This document shows, piece by piece, positions 9,519 to 18,404 of a DNA stretch of 64,000 bases. This DNA comes from Candidatus Elulimicrobium sp. (GTDB taxonomy: Bacteria; Omnitrophota; Gorgyraeia; Zapsychrales; Fredricksoniimonadaceae). The notes under the pieces were generated by a model. That model had not been told where the DNA came from, made no database searches, and saw nothing but the letters and a program-made list of their open reading frames with translations. The first letter of the stretch is position 1. Every line of letters starts with the position of its first letter. The stretch is taken from contig DYOU01000001.1 of the NCBI GenBank assembly GCA_020720365.1, forward strand, positions 32,459 to 96,458, read 5' to 3'. The position numbers and the translations under genes were made by a program.

Positions 9519-10199
9519 ATGCCGTTTGTGATGATCTTGAGTATTATGGTTGTTGTTCTCCTTGGGGTTTTGGCGTTCCTTCTCTGGCGGATGCCGGGAA
9601 TAGGGTGGCGTCCTGTGGAAAAGAAACGTTCCGCTGCGGCTGTTCCTCCGTCCAAAGATTGGCAGGGGATCGCGGATCGGCTTGAAGGACGTGTGAACAG
9701 GCTGGAAGCGGATGCGCAGGATCTTCAGCGTCAGCTTCGGGACAAAGAAAAACAGGCACAGGAGTGGAAGGTTTCATGTGCCGGGATGCAGCAGAAGCTG
9801 GATCAGGAGAAAGCCTGGAGAGAAAAAGAGACAGCCGGTTCTCAAAAAGAAAGGCAGCAGGAGCGTTTGCTTCAGGAGGATCTGGCCAGGACACGTGAAG
9901 CGTTGAACCATGAATCAACTCAGCGGATCAGGCTTGAGGCGGAGCTTAAAGAGGCGCGACGTGTTAAAGAGGAACTTTCGCTGGCCGGGCGTACGCTGTC
10001 GTCGAGAGTTTTAGAACTTGAACGTCAGCTGGAGGCAGCGTTGAAAGAACTGAAATCGCTGCGGGAGGAAAATCTTAAGCTTCGCAAGAAGAATGAAGGG
10101 ACCCAATGGGTGGCGAAGGCTGATTATATACAGCTTGAGGCAGCGCTTAAATGCGTACGCCAGGAAGTTGAAGAGTTACGGGTAAAGAAAGAAATTTAA
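9519..10199 (+). CDS. Membrane-anchored coiled-coil protein
   Basis: N-terminal TM followed by E/K/R/Q/L-rich heptads. Confidence 0.75.
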   Translation: MPFVMILSIMVVVLLGVLAFLLWRMPGIGWRPVEKKRSAAAVPPSKDWQGIADRLEGRVNRLEADAQDLQRQLRDKEKQAQEWKVSCAGMQQKLDQEKAWREKETAGSQKERQQERLLQEDLARTREALNHESTQRIRLEAELKEARRVKEELSLAGRTLSSRVLELERQLEAALKELKSLREENLKLRKKNEGTQWVAKADYIQLEAALKCVRQEVEELRVKKEI

Positions 10200-10213
10200 C
10201 GAGGAGCGGATTT

Positions 10214-11242
10214 ATGTCGTTTGATTATCGTCAGCGCCTGCCCGATGTGGCGGCTATTATGCAGGAACTTCCGGTCAGCCCGGCATTGCTGGAAGTAAAG
10301 CAGGAACGGGACAGGGAAGTTTCAGATATTATTAAAGGGAAGAGTGACCGGTTCCTTCTCATCATTGGCCCGTGTTCGGCGGACAATGAAGATTCGGTGT
10401 GTGAGTATGTGGCGCGTCTGGCGAAGTTGCAGAATCGCGTTAAAGAGAAGGTGATGTTATTGCCGCGCATTTATACCAATAAACCCCGGACGACCGGTAT
10501 TGGTTATAAAGGGATGGCGCATCAGCCTGATCCGAAGGATGAACCTAATATTGTTGAGGGGTTGATCGCCATTCGCAGGATGCATATTCGTGCCTTGATG
10601 GAGTCCGGCTTGAGCGCGGCCGATGAGATGTTGTATCCTTTCAATTATCCTTATCTGGAAGATGTCTTGAGTTATGTCGCGATCGGGGCACGGTCTGTTG
10701 AGAATCAGGAGCATCGTCTGACGGTGAGCGGCCTGGATATTCCCGCCGGGATGAAGAATCCTACGGGTGGCGATATGGGCGTTATGTTGAACTCGATCCG
10801 TGCGGGCCAGGCGCCGCATATCTTTTCTTATAACGGGTGGGAAGTGTCTACTTCAGGCAATGAGTTGACGCATGCGATCTTGCGTGGATATGTGAGTCCA
10901 TATGGCAGAAATATCCCTAATTATCATTATGAGGATATTACGCTCCTTCAGAAGATGACAGCCGAAGCGGGCATTAAAAATCCGTCGGTCCTCATCGATG
11001 TAAGCCATGCGAATTCCAATCGTCAGTTTGCTGAGCAGCCGCGTGTGGCAGTAGAAATCTTGCGGACGTTGGAGTATGCTCCGGAATTGCGCCGGTTTGT
11101 CCGTGGATTGATGATCGAAAGTTATCTGGTGGAGGGAGCTCAGTCGTCGACCGATTGTGTTTATGGCAAGTCGATCACAGATGCCTGCCTAGGGTGGGAG
11201 GACTCCGAGTCTTTGGTCCTGCGGATTGCGCAGATGCTTTAA
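10214..11242 (+). CDS. DAHP synthase, class I alpha (AroF/G/H type)
   Basis: IGPCSAD, KPRTTG, IGARS, GMKNPT, DVSHANS, KSITDACLGW. Confidence 0.93.
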   Translation: MSFDYRQRLPDVAAIMQELPVSPALLEVKQERDREVSDIIKGKSDRFLLIIGPCSADNEDSVCEYVARLAKLQNRVKEKVMLLPRIYTNKPRTTGIGYKGMAHQPDPKDEPNIVEGLIAIRRMHIRALMESGLSAADEMLYPFNYPYLEDVLSYVAIGARSVENQEHRLTVSGLDIPAGMKNPTGGDMGVMLNSIRAGQAPHIFSYNGWEVSTSGNELTHAILRGYVSPYGRNIPNYHYEDITLLQKMTAEAGIKNPSVLIDVSHANSNRQFAEQPRVAVEILRTLEYAPELRRFVRGLMIESYLVEGAQSSTDCVYGKSITDACLGWEDSESLVLRIAQML

Positions 11243-11336
11243 TTCAGGAATATTTTGTCATGAGAACCGGTTGTGTACGACTAAATACTAACAGTTATTA
11301 AGCAGGTTCATTAACGTTCTCTTGAAAGGGGTTTAT

Positions 11337-11828
11337 ATGGTATCAAAGAATGTAGTCAAATTATTGAATGAGCAAGTGGCTCTTGAGTCTGAATCGTCGA
11401 ATATTTATTTGGCGATGGCGGTCTGGGCGGAGGTGAATGGCTGGAGAGGTACGGCCAAGTTTATGTATAAACAGGCTGAAGAAGAACGCGGGCATATGCA
11501 GAAGTTGATCAGTTTTTTGATGGATATCGGTGAGCCTGTCAGTATCGCCGGCATGAAGGATCCGGTCAATTCTTTTAAGGATATCGCGGAAGTTTTTGCT
11601 GTTTCTCTGAAGCATGAATTGAAATTGACGGCATCGATCCATAATATTATGACAGAAGCGCGCAGAACTAATGATTATGCGGCCACTAGTTTCTTGAAAT
11701 TCTTTGTTGATGAGCAGGTTGAAGAAGAGAGCAATATGGAGAAGATCATTCATCTGATCAAGAATGCTGGCCCGATCAGTCTGTATCTTGCGGACAAAGA
11801 GATCGGCGCGATGGTCGGAGGGGCGTAA
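11337..11828 (+). CDS. ftnA: Non-heme ferritin
   Basis: LNEQVALE..YLAMA..QAEEERGH..FVDEQVEEE ferroxidase residues. Confidence 0.9.
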   Translation: MVSKNVVKLLNEQVALESESSNIYLAMAVWAEVNGWRGTAKFMYKQAEEERGHMQKLISFLMDIGEPVSIAGMKDPVNSFKDIAEVFAVSLKHELKLTASIHNIMTEARRTNDYAATSFLKFFVDEQVEEESNMEKIIHLIKNAGPISLYLADKEIGAMVGGA

Positions 11829-13001
11829 TTGTTTTCGCGGCGCACAAGCTGGGAACTTTCCGAGAACCCTTTGTCCCTGGCCCTTGCGGAACGCAAGGCG
11901 CTGGGACAGGGGGTTTTGGATCTTACGGAATCAAATCCGACGCGTGCGGGGGTCGGTTATCCGGTAGAAGCTATTCTGGCCGGGTTCAGTGATGCTCGTA
12001 ATTTGGTGTATTTACCTGAATCAAAAGGGCTGCTGCATGCCCGGGAGGCTGTGGCGGCGTATTTCAAGGTGCGGGGAAACCAGGTGCCTGTTGAACGGTT
12101 GATCCTGACGGCAAGCACGTCCGAATCGTATTCATTTCTGTTCCGTCTTTTGGCTGATCCGCATGACCGTGTGCTTTTGCCGGTGCCGAGTTATCCTCTT
12201 TTTGCTTATTTGGCGGATATTAACGATGTGGAGCCGGCGTATTATCAGCTTGATTTCGACGGTTTATCCTGGAACATTGATCTTGATTCTATCGAAGCGG
12301 CCGCCAGGAAAGGCCGGGTCAAGGCGGTTATCCTGGTAAGCCCGAATAATCCTACCGGGTCAGCCATCAAACCGGAGGAGCTGAAGGCCTTGAATGTCCT
12401 GTGCCTGCGTTATGGTATGGCGATCATTAGTGATGAGGTTTTTAGTGATTATCTCTTTGGCACTGCCAAGGAGCGCTATATCAGCCTGGCGTCTAATACG
12501 GAGGTATTGAGTTTTTCTTTAGGCGGGTTGTCGAAAGCACTTGCGCTTCCCCAGATGAAGTTGGGCTGGATCGCGGCGAACGGGCCTGCGGATGTTCTGT
12601 CCGAAGCTTTAGCGCGCCTTGATGTGATCACGGATACGTATTTGTCTGTTAATACTCCGGTCCAGAATGCCTGTGCCGGGTGGTTAACAATGGCGGGCGA
12701 GATTCAGCAGGGAGTATTGCGGCGGGTTAAGGGGAATCTTGAATTCCTGACGCAATCAGCAGAGAAGGCGGAAGTTTTCTTGTATCCAGTCGACGGTGGT
12801 TGGTATGCGGTCCTGCGGGCAGAGCTTGGTATGCCGGAAGATGAGTGGGCGGTTGCCTTGTTGAAAGATGGCGGAGTTTATGTTCATCCTGGATTTTATT
12901 TTGACTTTCCAGCTGAAGGCCATATTGTCCTTAGCCTTCTTCCTCAGCCGGAAATCTTTGAGGCCGGAGTTGATCGGCTTCTGGCTTTCTTAAAAAGCTG
13001 A
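11829..13001 (+). CDS. PLP-dependent aminotransferase class I/II
   Basis: SPNNPTG, DEVF, GGLSK. Confidence 0.88.
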   Translation: MFSRRTSWELSENPLSLALAERKALGQGVLDLTESNPTRAGVGYPVEAILAGFSDARNLVYLPESKGLLHAREAVAAYFKVRGNQVPVERLILTASTSESYSFLFRLLADPHDRVLLPVPSYPLFAYLADINDVEPAYYQLDFDGLSWNIDLDSIEAAARKGRVKAVILVSPNNPTGSAIKPEELKALNVLCLRYGMAIISDEVFSDYLFGTAKERYISLASNTEVLSFSLGGLSKALALPQMKLGWIAANGPADVLSEALARLDVITDTYLSVNTPVQNACAGWLTMAGEIQQGVLRRVKGNLEFLTQSAEKAEVFLYPVDGGWYAVLRAELGMPEDEWAVALLKDGGVYVHPGFYFDFPAEGHIVLSLLPQPEIFEAGVDRLLAFLKS

Positions 13002-13144
13002 TTTCTTGCGAATTCCAGGCAAAGCCATTCGGTAAAAATTCAAAGATAAGGTGAAGAAAAATTAATCGCCTGAAAACGCTGTTTTTTGGTAATATTGATG
13101 CCGCTTAAGCACGGGTTATATAATTATTAATAGGGAGGCGATGT

Positions 13145-13624
13145 ATGGCCAGACCAAGTTGGGACGAATATTTCATGAAATTGGCAATGATCGCCTCTGA
13201 GCGTGCGACGTGTCCCCGGATGCATTGCGGGTGTGTGCTTGTGAAAGACCGTGAGGTTATTGCTACCGGGTATAACGGATCGATCCCGGGTGATGATCAT
13301 TGTGAAGATGTGGGGTGTTTGATTGTTGAAAACCATTGTGTGCGCACGAATCATGCGGAAATGAATGCGATTGTTCAGGCGGCAAGAAAAGGCCATATTA
13401 TTGACGGGGCAACGGCGTATGTGACCAATATGCCCTGTACGACCTGCGCCAAGGCGCTGATCGCTGCCGGTGTCAAACGGGCAGTTATTTTCTCTGATTA
13501 TCATGATACTTTAGCGACAGATTTCTTTACGAAAGGGAATGTCCGGATCGATAAGATCCCCATGCCCTCCAAGCAGATCGTTTATGATCTGGAGAAGTAT
13601 ACATCGGCGAGGAAAGCTTCTTAA
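13145..13624 (+). CDS. dCMP deaminase (ComEB-like)
   Basis: RPSWDEYFM, TGYNG, HAEMNAI, PCTTC. Confidence 0.9.
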   Translation: MARPSWDEYFMKLAMIASERATCPRMHCGCVLVKDREVIATGYNGSIPGDDHCEDVGCLIVENHCVRTNHAEMNAIVQAARKGHIIDGATAYVTNMPCTTCAKALIAAGVKRAVIFSDYHDTLATDFFTKGNVRIDKIPMPSKQIVYDLEKYTSARKAS

Positions 13625-13640
13625 CGGCTTTAAGGTGACT

Positions 13641-14438
13641 ATGGAACGGATAACCAGCCTTCAGAATTCAGGGATCAAACGGGTCGTACGCCTGCGGACT
13701 AAAAAGACACGGGAAGCCAAAGGCCTTACGATCGTTGAGGGTGTGCGGGAAGTGCGGCAGGCATTGAATGCAGGAGGCAGGTTCGCGGGTGTTTATGTAT
13801 GCCGAGAAGGCGTTTATCATTGCCCCGAGGACCTTATTCTGGAGCTTGAATCAAGGCATATCCGGGTTTTTGATTCGGTGGGCAGTGTCTTCGGGAAGAT
13901 GTGCTATGGGGACAGGAAAGAGGGTGTATTGGCGCTTGTGGAGCAGCCCGAGCATAGGCTGGACGGGTTAAAGCTGTCTTTAAACCCGTTAGTCGTGGTT
14001 ATGGAACGGGTCGAGAAGCCCGGGAATTTGGGGGCAGTGCTGCGGACATGCGATGGAGCGGGAGTCGACGCATTGCTCGTGTGTGATGAGCAGACGGATG
14101 TTTATAATCCGAATGTAGTGCGTTCCAGCCTGGGGGCTGTTTTTACAGTTCCAACGATAACATGTTCCAGTAAAGAAGCGTTCGCGTTCCTTCAGGCCCG
14201 GGGGATCCGTTCGTATGCCGCGATCGTGCAGTCGCATGATTATTACTTCAAGAAGGATATGTCGGGCGCTTGCGCGATCGTGCTGGGCAGTGAACAGGAA
14301 GGGTTAAGTGACTTTTGGCGTCGGAATGCTGATGAAAAGGTGCGGATCCCTATGCAGGGCAAGGTTGACTCGTTGAATGTGTCTGTGAGTGCCGCGGTGA
14401 TGATTTACGAGGCTCTCCGGCAGAGGATAGTGGGATAA
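13641..14438 (+). CDS. TrmH/SpoU-family RNA methyltransferase
   Basis: ITSLQN, EKPGNLGAVLRT, GSEQEG, SLNVSVSA; start moved to ATG 13641. Confidence 0.88.
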   Translation: MERITSLQNSGIKRVVRLRTKKTREAKGLTIVEGVREVRQALNAGGRFAGVYVCREGVYHCPEDLILELESRHIRVFDSVGSVFGKMCYGDRKEGVLALVEQPEHRLDGLKLSLNPLVVVMERVEKPGNLGAVLRTCDGAGVDALLVCDEQTDVYNPNVVRSSLGAVFTVPTITCSSKEAFAFLQARGIRSYAAIVQSHDYYFKKDMSGACAIVLGSEQEGLSDFWRRNADEKVRIPMQGKVDSLNVSVSAAVMIYEALRQRIVG

Positions 14439-14464
14439 GGAATATTCTGAAAGGCGCCTCATTT

Positions 14465-15667
14465 ATGAAATTAATGCTTTTTCTGTCGCATAACGGGATT
14501 CTTTCTCGCCGAAAAGCGTTTGAAGCCATCAAAAATGGCGCGGTCGCGGTGAATGGCCGGCTCAACCTGGAACCGTCAACGGATATTGATCCATTGAAGG
14601 ATCAGGTGCATTATCACGGCCGGCTGGTGAATGACAAGATATTTGAATATATCATCCTGAATAAACCCGACGGATATGTTACGACATGTGAGAAACAGTT
14701 TGGGCAGATGACGGTCATGGAATTATTGCCGAAGGAACTGAAGCATTTGCGTCCCGTTGGCCGGCTGGATCGGGATACCGAGGGTTTGATCCTTTTTACG
14801 AATGATGGAGAGTTGGCGAATCAGATGGCACACCCTTCATTTAATGTAGATAAAACATATTTTGTGCGGGTGCAGGGACAGTTGACTCCGGAAGCGGTGA
14901 AAAGCCTTCAGGAAGGTGTTATTCTAGATGACAGAAAGACTGCGCCGGCGCTTGTCCAGGTTTTTAAAGCGGACGCACATGAGAGTGAATATCAGATCAC
15001 GATCCATGAAGGCCGCAAGCATCAGGTGCGCTTGATGGGGGATGCGGTCGGTTTCCCGGTAGTTCACTTGAAGCGGCTGCGTCAAGGGCCGCTAGTCCTT
15101 GGGAGTTTGCCGTCGGGACAGTATCGTCGGCTTACGGAAGAGGAGGCCGCGCAGGTCCGGAATATCAAGCGCCTGGCGAATTCATATTCCAGGAATGCGC
15201 ATAAGAAAGAATTTCAGCCGCGAGTGGATGAACGCAAGCTTCAGGGCCGTCGCGGCCGTGGAGAGGTGAATAAGGAAGAGCGCTTGCGTCAGAACACGCG
15301 TGAACGGGAAGAAGAGCGCCGCCAGGTACTTCGCGATGACCGGCGTGGTCCTGTCCGCGGAAAGCACCGCCCGGATTATGTTTCCAGGGATAAGCAGCGT
15401 AGTAGTGAACGCCCTGTTGAAGGCCGCACAGAAGGTCGCCGTCCGCCTCGACCGGAATATTCTTCCCGTGACGGACACCGCAGTTCGCCAAGGCCTGCGC
15501 AGGGGCGCAGTGATGAACGCAGCCCTGCGGCGTTGAAACCGCTATTTTCGTCGAATTCAGAGAAGCGTCGTTATTCCAGTACGCGTGAATGGCATAGCGA
15601 TTCAGATGTGCACGCGCCCAAGAAAGAAACTCCCAAACAAAGACCGCCTCGCGGGCCACAAAGATAA
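14465..15667 (+). CDS. rluB: rRNA pseudouridine synthase (RluB/RsuA family) with long disordered C-tail
   Basis: S4 domain, LNKPDG, VGRLDRDTEG, EGRKHQVR. Confidence 0.85.
   Translation: MKLMLFLSHNGILSRRKAFEAIKNGAVAVNGRLNLEPSTDIDPLKDQVHYHGRLVNDKIFEYIILNKPDGYVTTCEKQFGQMTVMELLPKELKHLRPVGRLDRDTEGLILFTNDGELANQMAHPSFNVDKTYFVRVQGQLTPEAVKSLQEGVILDDRKTAPALVQVFKADAHESEYQITIHEGRKHQVRLMGDAVGFPVVHLKRLRQGPLVLGSLPSGQYRRLTEEEAAQVRNIKRLANSYSRNAHKKEFQPRVDERKLQGRRGRGEVNKEERLRQNTREREEERRQVLRDDRRGPVRGKHRPDYVSRDKQRSSERPVEGRTEGRRPPRPEYSSRDGHRSSPRPAQGRSDERSPAALKPLFSSNSEKRRYSSTREWHSDSDVHAPKKETPKQRPPRGPQR
15449..15529 (+). repeat. Second copy of a degenerate 27-aa tandem repeat (first copy 15368-15448) in the RluB tail
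   Basis: RPDYVSRDKQRSSERPVEGRTEGRRPP / RPEYSSRDGHRSSPRPAQGRSDERSPA. Confidence 0.7.
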
Positions 15668-15675
15668 GAAGAGAT

Positions 15676-17628
15676 ATGATCAGCCTAACTAATGTATCAA
15701 AGAATTTTGATGAACGTATGCTTATGGATAATGTCACCTTGAGCATTTTTCGCAATGAACGCATCGGCCTTACCGGACCCAATGGAGCCGGTAAAACGAC
15801 AATGTTCCATTTGATCCTGGGGGATATTCATCCGACCGACGGTAGTGTGATGATCCAGAAGGGGATAAAGATCGGGTACCTGCCGCAAGAGGCTCATTTT
15901 GATTCAGACCGAACGGTCATGGAAGAGGTCACTTCAGGGGATGAAGAGATCCGTAAGCTCCTGGATGAAAAGCATCGGATGGAAGAAGGCGGCCTTTGCG
16001 GAGAAGTGCGTTATGGGGATGTATTGGAAAAGTTGGAGCATTTGGGGATTTATGACCTGGAGCATAAGGCCGAAAAGATCCTGACGGGACTTGGCTTCAA
16101 GGAATTTGAGTTTACCAAGCCGATCGTTCAGCTTTCCGGCGGGTGGCAAATGCGCACCTTGTTGGCCAAGTTACTAACGTATAATTACGATCTGCTTTTG
16201 CTCGACGAGCCGACGAATTACCTGGATCTTGCCGCTACTTTATGGCTTAAAGAATATTTAGGCCGGTATCCGGGTTCTTTTGTAATGATCTCGCACGATA
16301 AGGTCTTTCTGAATGATGTTACCAATTATACGATCGTCCTTGAGAGCGGCAAGATGGTGAAGGTGAAAGGTAATTATGATACGTATGAGGCTCAGAAGGA
16401 TATCGAGTATCGCACGCTTGAAAAACGGATGAAGGTCATTGATAAGAAAAAAGACCAGCTGGAGCGGTTCACGAATCGGTTTCATGCGCAGCCGAACCGC
16501 GCTTCCGCCGTGCAGAACAAGATGAAAATGCTGGACAAGCTGGAAGATGAAAGTGTAGACCTTCCGCGGGCAAGGATGAGTATCAAGGAATTCTCTTTTC
16601 CGGAGACGACTGAAAGTGGCTATACCGTTATTAATCTGGAGCATGTCAAAAAATCGTATCCGGATAAAACGATCTATACAGACCTGAATTTTGAGATCAC
16701 CAAAGGGCAGAAAGTTTGCCTTGTTGGCCCGAACGGTGCTGGTAAGTCAACATTGCTCAAGATATTGGCGGACGTTATTCCCTTTGATGGCGGTACGCGC
16801 CGCCTGGGGCATGGGGTTAAGATGGGATACTTTTCCCAGACCAGGCTGGATGTTCTGAATCCGAACCGGTCGGCATTGGAAGAGTTGCTGAGCGCTGTCG
16901 GCGGAAGTTTCCCACAGACACAGGCGCGCAACTTGCTGGGTATGTTCAATTATCATGGAGATGATGTGTTCAAGCCTGTAGCCGTCCTTTCCGGCGGTGA
17001 AAAGAGCCGCCTGATCCTGGCTAAATTGTTGATTAACCCACCGAACCTGATCCTTCTGGATGAGCCGACAACGCATTTAGATGTGGCGGGGGTTGAAGCG
17101 CTAGTGAAAGCATTGAAGAATTATAAAGGGACGTTATGTTTTATCAGTCACGATCTTTTTTTTCTGCGAGAGATCGCTAATCATGTCGTTGAAGTTGACG
17201 GCGGAGATATTCGCCAGTATCCTGGCGGCCTTGATTATTATTTGGACAAGAAACAAGGGCGCGCCTCCGAAGCGGCGGAAGAGGCCAGGAAAGCGGCGGC
17301 ACGCCAGGCCTATGAAGCGCAGAAAAAACCCAAGAGCGATCCTCATGAGCCGGAGCATTTACGCGCGGCCCGTCAGAAGCATGAACTGGCGCTTAAACGG
17401 ATCCAGGAGATCAAAAATCGGATCAAGATGATTGAAAAAGAAGAGAAAGACCTTGAGACGGAGACTTATGTAAAATCCCGCGTAATGAGCACTTCGTTCA
17501 GCGGCCGGGGCAGGGAAGATGTTGTGGAATGCGGCCGTCGTTTGAAAGAGATCCAGCTAAAGTTGCGCGAGCTGGGTACGGAACGCAGCCGGCTGATCGA
17601 GGAGCGCGACAGGATCAATCAGAATTAA
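15676..17628 (+). CDS. ABC-F family ribosome-associated ATPase
   Basis: Two NBDs (GPNGAGKT/S, LSGG, LDEPT), no TM, C-terminal coiled coil. Confidence 0.92.
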   Translation: MISLTNVSKNFDERMLMDNVTLSIFRNERIGLTGPNGAGKTTMFHLILGDIHPTDGSVMIQKGIKIGYLPQEAHFDSDRTVMEEVTSGDEEIRKLLDEKHRMEEGGLCGEVRYGDVLEKLEHLGIYDLEHKAEKILTGLGFKEFEFTKPIVQLSGGWQMRTLLAKLLTYNYDLLLLDEPTNYLDLAATLWLKEYLGRYPGSFVMISHDKVFLNDVTNYTIVLESGKMVKVKGNYDTYEAQKDIEYRTLEKRMKVIDKKKDQLERFTNRFHAQPNRASAVQNKMKMLDKLEDESVDLPRARMSIKEFSFPETTESGYTVINLEHVKKSYPDKTIYTDLNFEITKGQKVCLVGPNGAGKSTLLKILADVIPFDGGTRRLGHGVKMGYFSQTRLDVLNPNRSALEELLSAVGGSFPQTQARNLLGMFNYHGDDVFKPVAVLSGGEKSRLILAKLLINPPNLILLDEPTTHLDVAGVEALVKALKNYKGTLCFISHDLFFLREIANHVVEVDGGDIRQYPGGLDYYLDKKQGRASEAAEEARKAAARQAYEAQKKPKSDPHEPEHLRAARQKHELALKRIQEIKNRIKMIEKEEKDLETETYVKSRVMSTSFSGRGREDVVECGRRLKEIQLKLRELGTERSRLIEERDRINQN

Positions 17629-17642
17629 AAGGGCGCGGAGCC

Positions 17643-17900
17643 ATGAAACTTAAACTGGACCTTCATCGTGTTTTTTCCAATGGCAGCGCTATTGAGTCGG
17701 CCTTGCATGAAATTATGGGCGAAGCCATTGAGAAGCGTGCGGAATATGTGGAAATTATTCCTGGTAAAGGCAGTGGGCAGTTAAAGAAATCTGTGCTGCG
17801 GTTTCTGGAGAAAGAATATAAAGGCCGTTATACGCGCATTGAGAAGGATGACAAGAATTTCGGGCGGCTGTTTGTGCATTTTAACTGGAACAAGCTTTAA
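17643..17900 (+). CDS. Stand-alone Smr-domain protein
   Basis: KLDLH, IIPGKGSGQLK; start moved to ATG 17643 after GGAG. Confidence 0.85.
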   Translation: MKLKLDLHRVFSNGSAIESALHEIMGEAIEKRAEYVEIIPGKGSGQLKKSVLRFLEKEYKGRYTRIEKDDKNFGRLFVHFNWNKL

Positions 17901-17905
17901 AATGT

Positions 17906-17933
17906 AAAAAACCCTTCTTGCGAAGGGTTTTTT
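17906..17933. terminator. Bidirectional intrinsic terminator
   Basis: AAAAAACCCTTC-TTGC-GAAGGGTTTTTT between convergent genes. Confidence 0.9.
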
Positions 17934-17952
17934 AGTAAAGAATAAAAGATGG

Positions 17953-18039
17953 TTACTTCTTCTTTGCAACTTTTTTAACAGCCTTCTTTGGAGCTTTTTT
18001 TGAAGCTTTGGTGGAACATTTTGATGTGCAGCAAGCCAT
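17953..18039 (-). CDS. 28-aa Lys-rich, Cys-containing micro-protein (histone H1/Hc-like)
   Basis: MACCTSKCSTKASKKAPKKAVKKVAKKK; SD GAAAGGAG; own promoter and terminator. Confidence 0.8.
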   Translation of the reverse strand: MACCTSKCSTKASKKAPKKAVKKVAKKK

Positions 18040-18077
18040 GATGTTTTCTCCTTTCATGATGTTGAATATCTGAAATA

Positions 18078-18106
18078 ATACTATCATGGGCAAGAAGTAT
18101 GGTAAA
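18078..18106 (-). promoter_or_regulatory. Sigma70 promoter for the 28-aa peptide
   Basis: TTTACC-N17-TAGTAT with TG extension. Confidence 0.55.
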
Positions 18107-18142
18107 AGGAAAAAGTGATTTTCTGATGCAGAGGGTATAAAT

Positions 18143-18179
18143 AAAAAAAGCCCTCTAAATGACATAGGGGGCTTCTTTT
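18143..18179 (-). terminator. Intrinsic terminator of the 22-aa peptide gene
   Basis: Minus strand GCCCCCTA-loop7-TAGAGGGC-TTTTTTT. Confidence 0.85.
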
Positions 18180-18197
18180 ATACCTGAAGAAGATCTT

Positions 18198-18266
18198 TTA
18201 CTTCTTTTTTGCAACTTTCTTGACAGGCTTCTTGACAGCTTTTTTTACGGGTTTCTTAACAGCCAT
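18198..18266 (-). CDS. 22-aa Lys-rich micro-protein (histone H1/Hc-like)
   Basis: Not in track: MAVKKPVKKAVKKPVKKVAKKK; SD GAAAGGAG; paralog of the adjacent peptide. Confidence 0.8.
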   Translation of the reverse strand: MAVKKPVKKAVKKPVKKVAKKK

Positions 18267-18304
18267 ATTGATTTCTCCTTTCTTGAGGTTTTTTGTAACC
18301 TGTA

Positions 18305-18335
18305 ATTATATTAACACGCGATAAAATAGATTCAA
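18305..18335 (-). promoter_or_regulatory. Promoter for the 22-aa peptide
   Basis: TTGAAT followed by overlapping TAATAT/TATAAT, with AT-rich upstream tract. Confidence 0.5.
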
Positions 18336-18404
18336 AAAATATTTCATTTTATTTAAGAAGAATTTAAATAAAAATATTTTTTTCTCGACGGGGGGAAAAA
18401 CATA

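Noticed and set aside
11286-11302. Eukaryote-like IRE (CAGTTA loop) before ferritin
   Set aside because: Loop is not CAGUGN and only 3 bp flank it
15165-15782. 205-aa minus ORF over the rluB tail and ABC-F start
   Set aside because: Overlaps two real genes; no recognisable features
18040-18165. 70-aa version of the Lys-rich ORF in the track
   Set aside because: The extension runs through a promoter and a terminator; the SD supports ATG 18039
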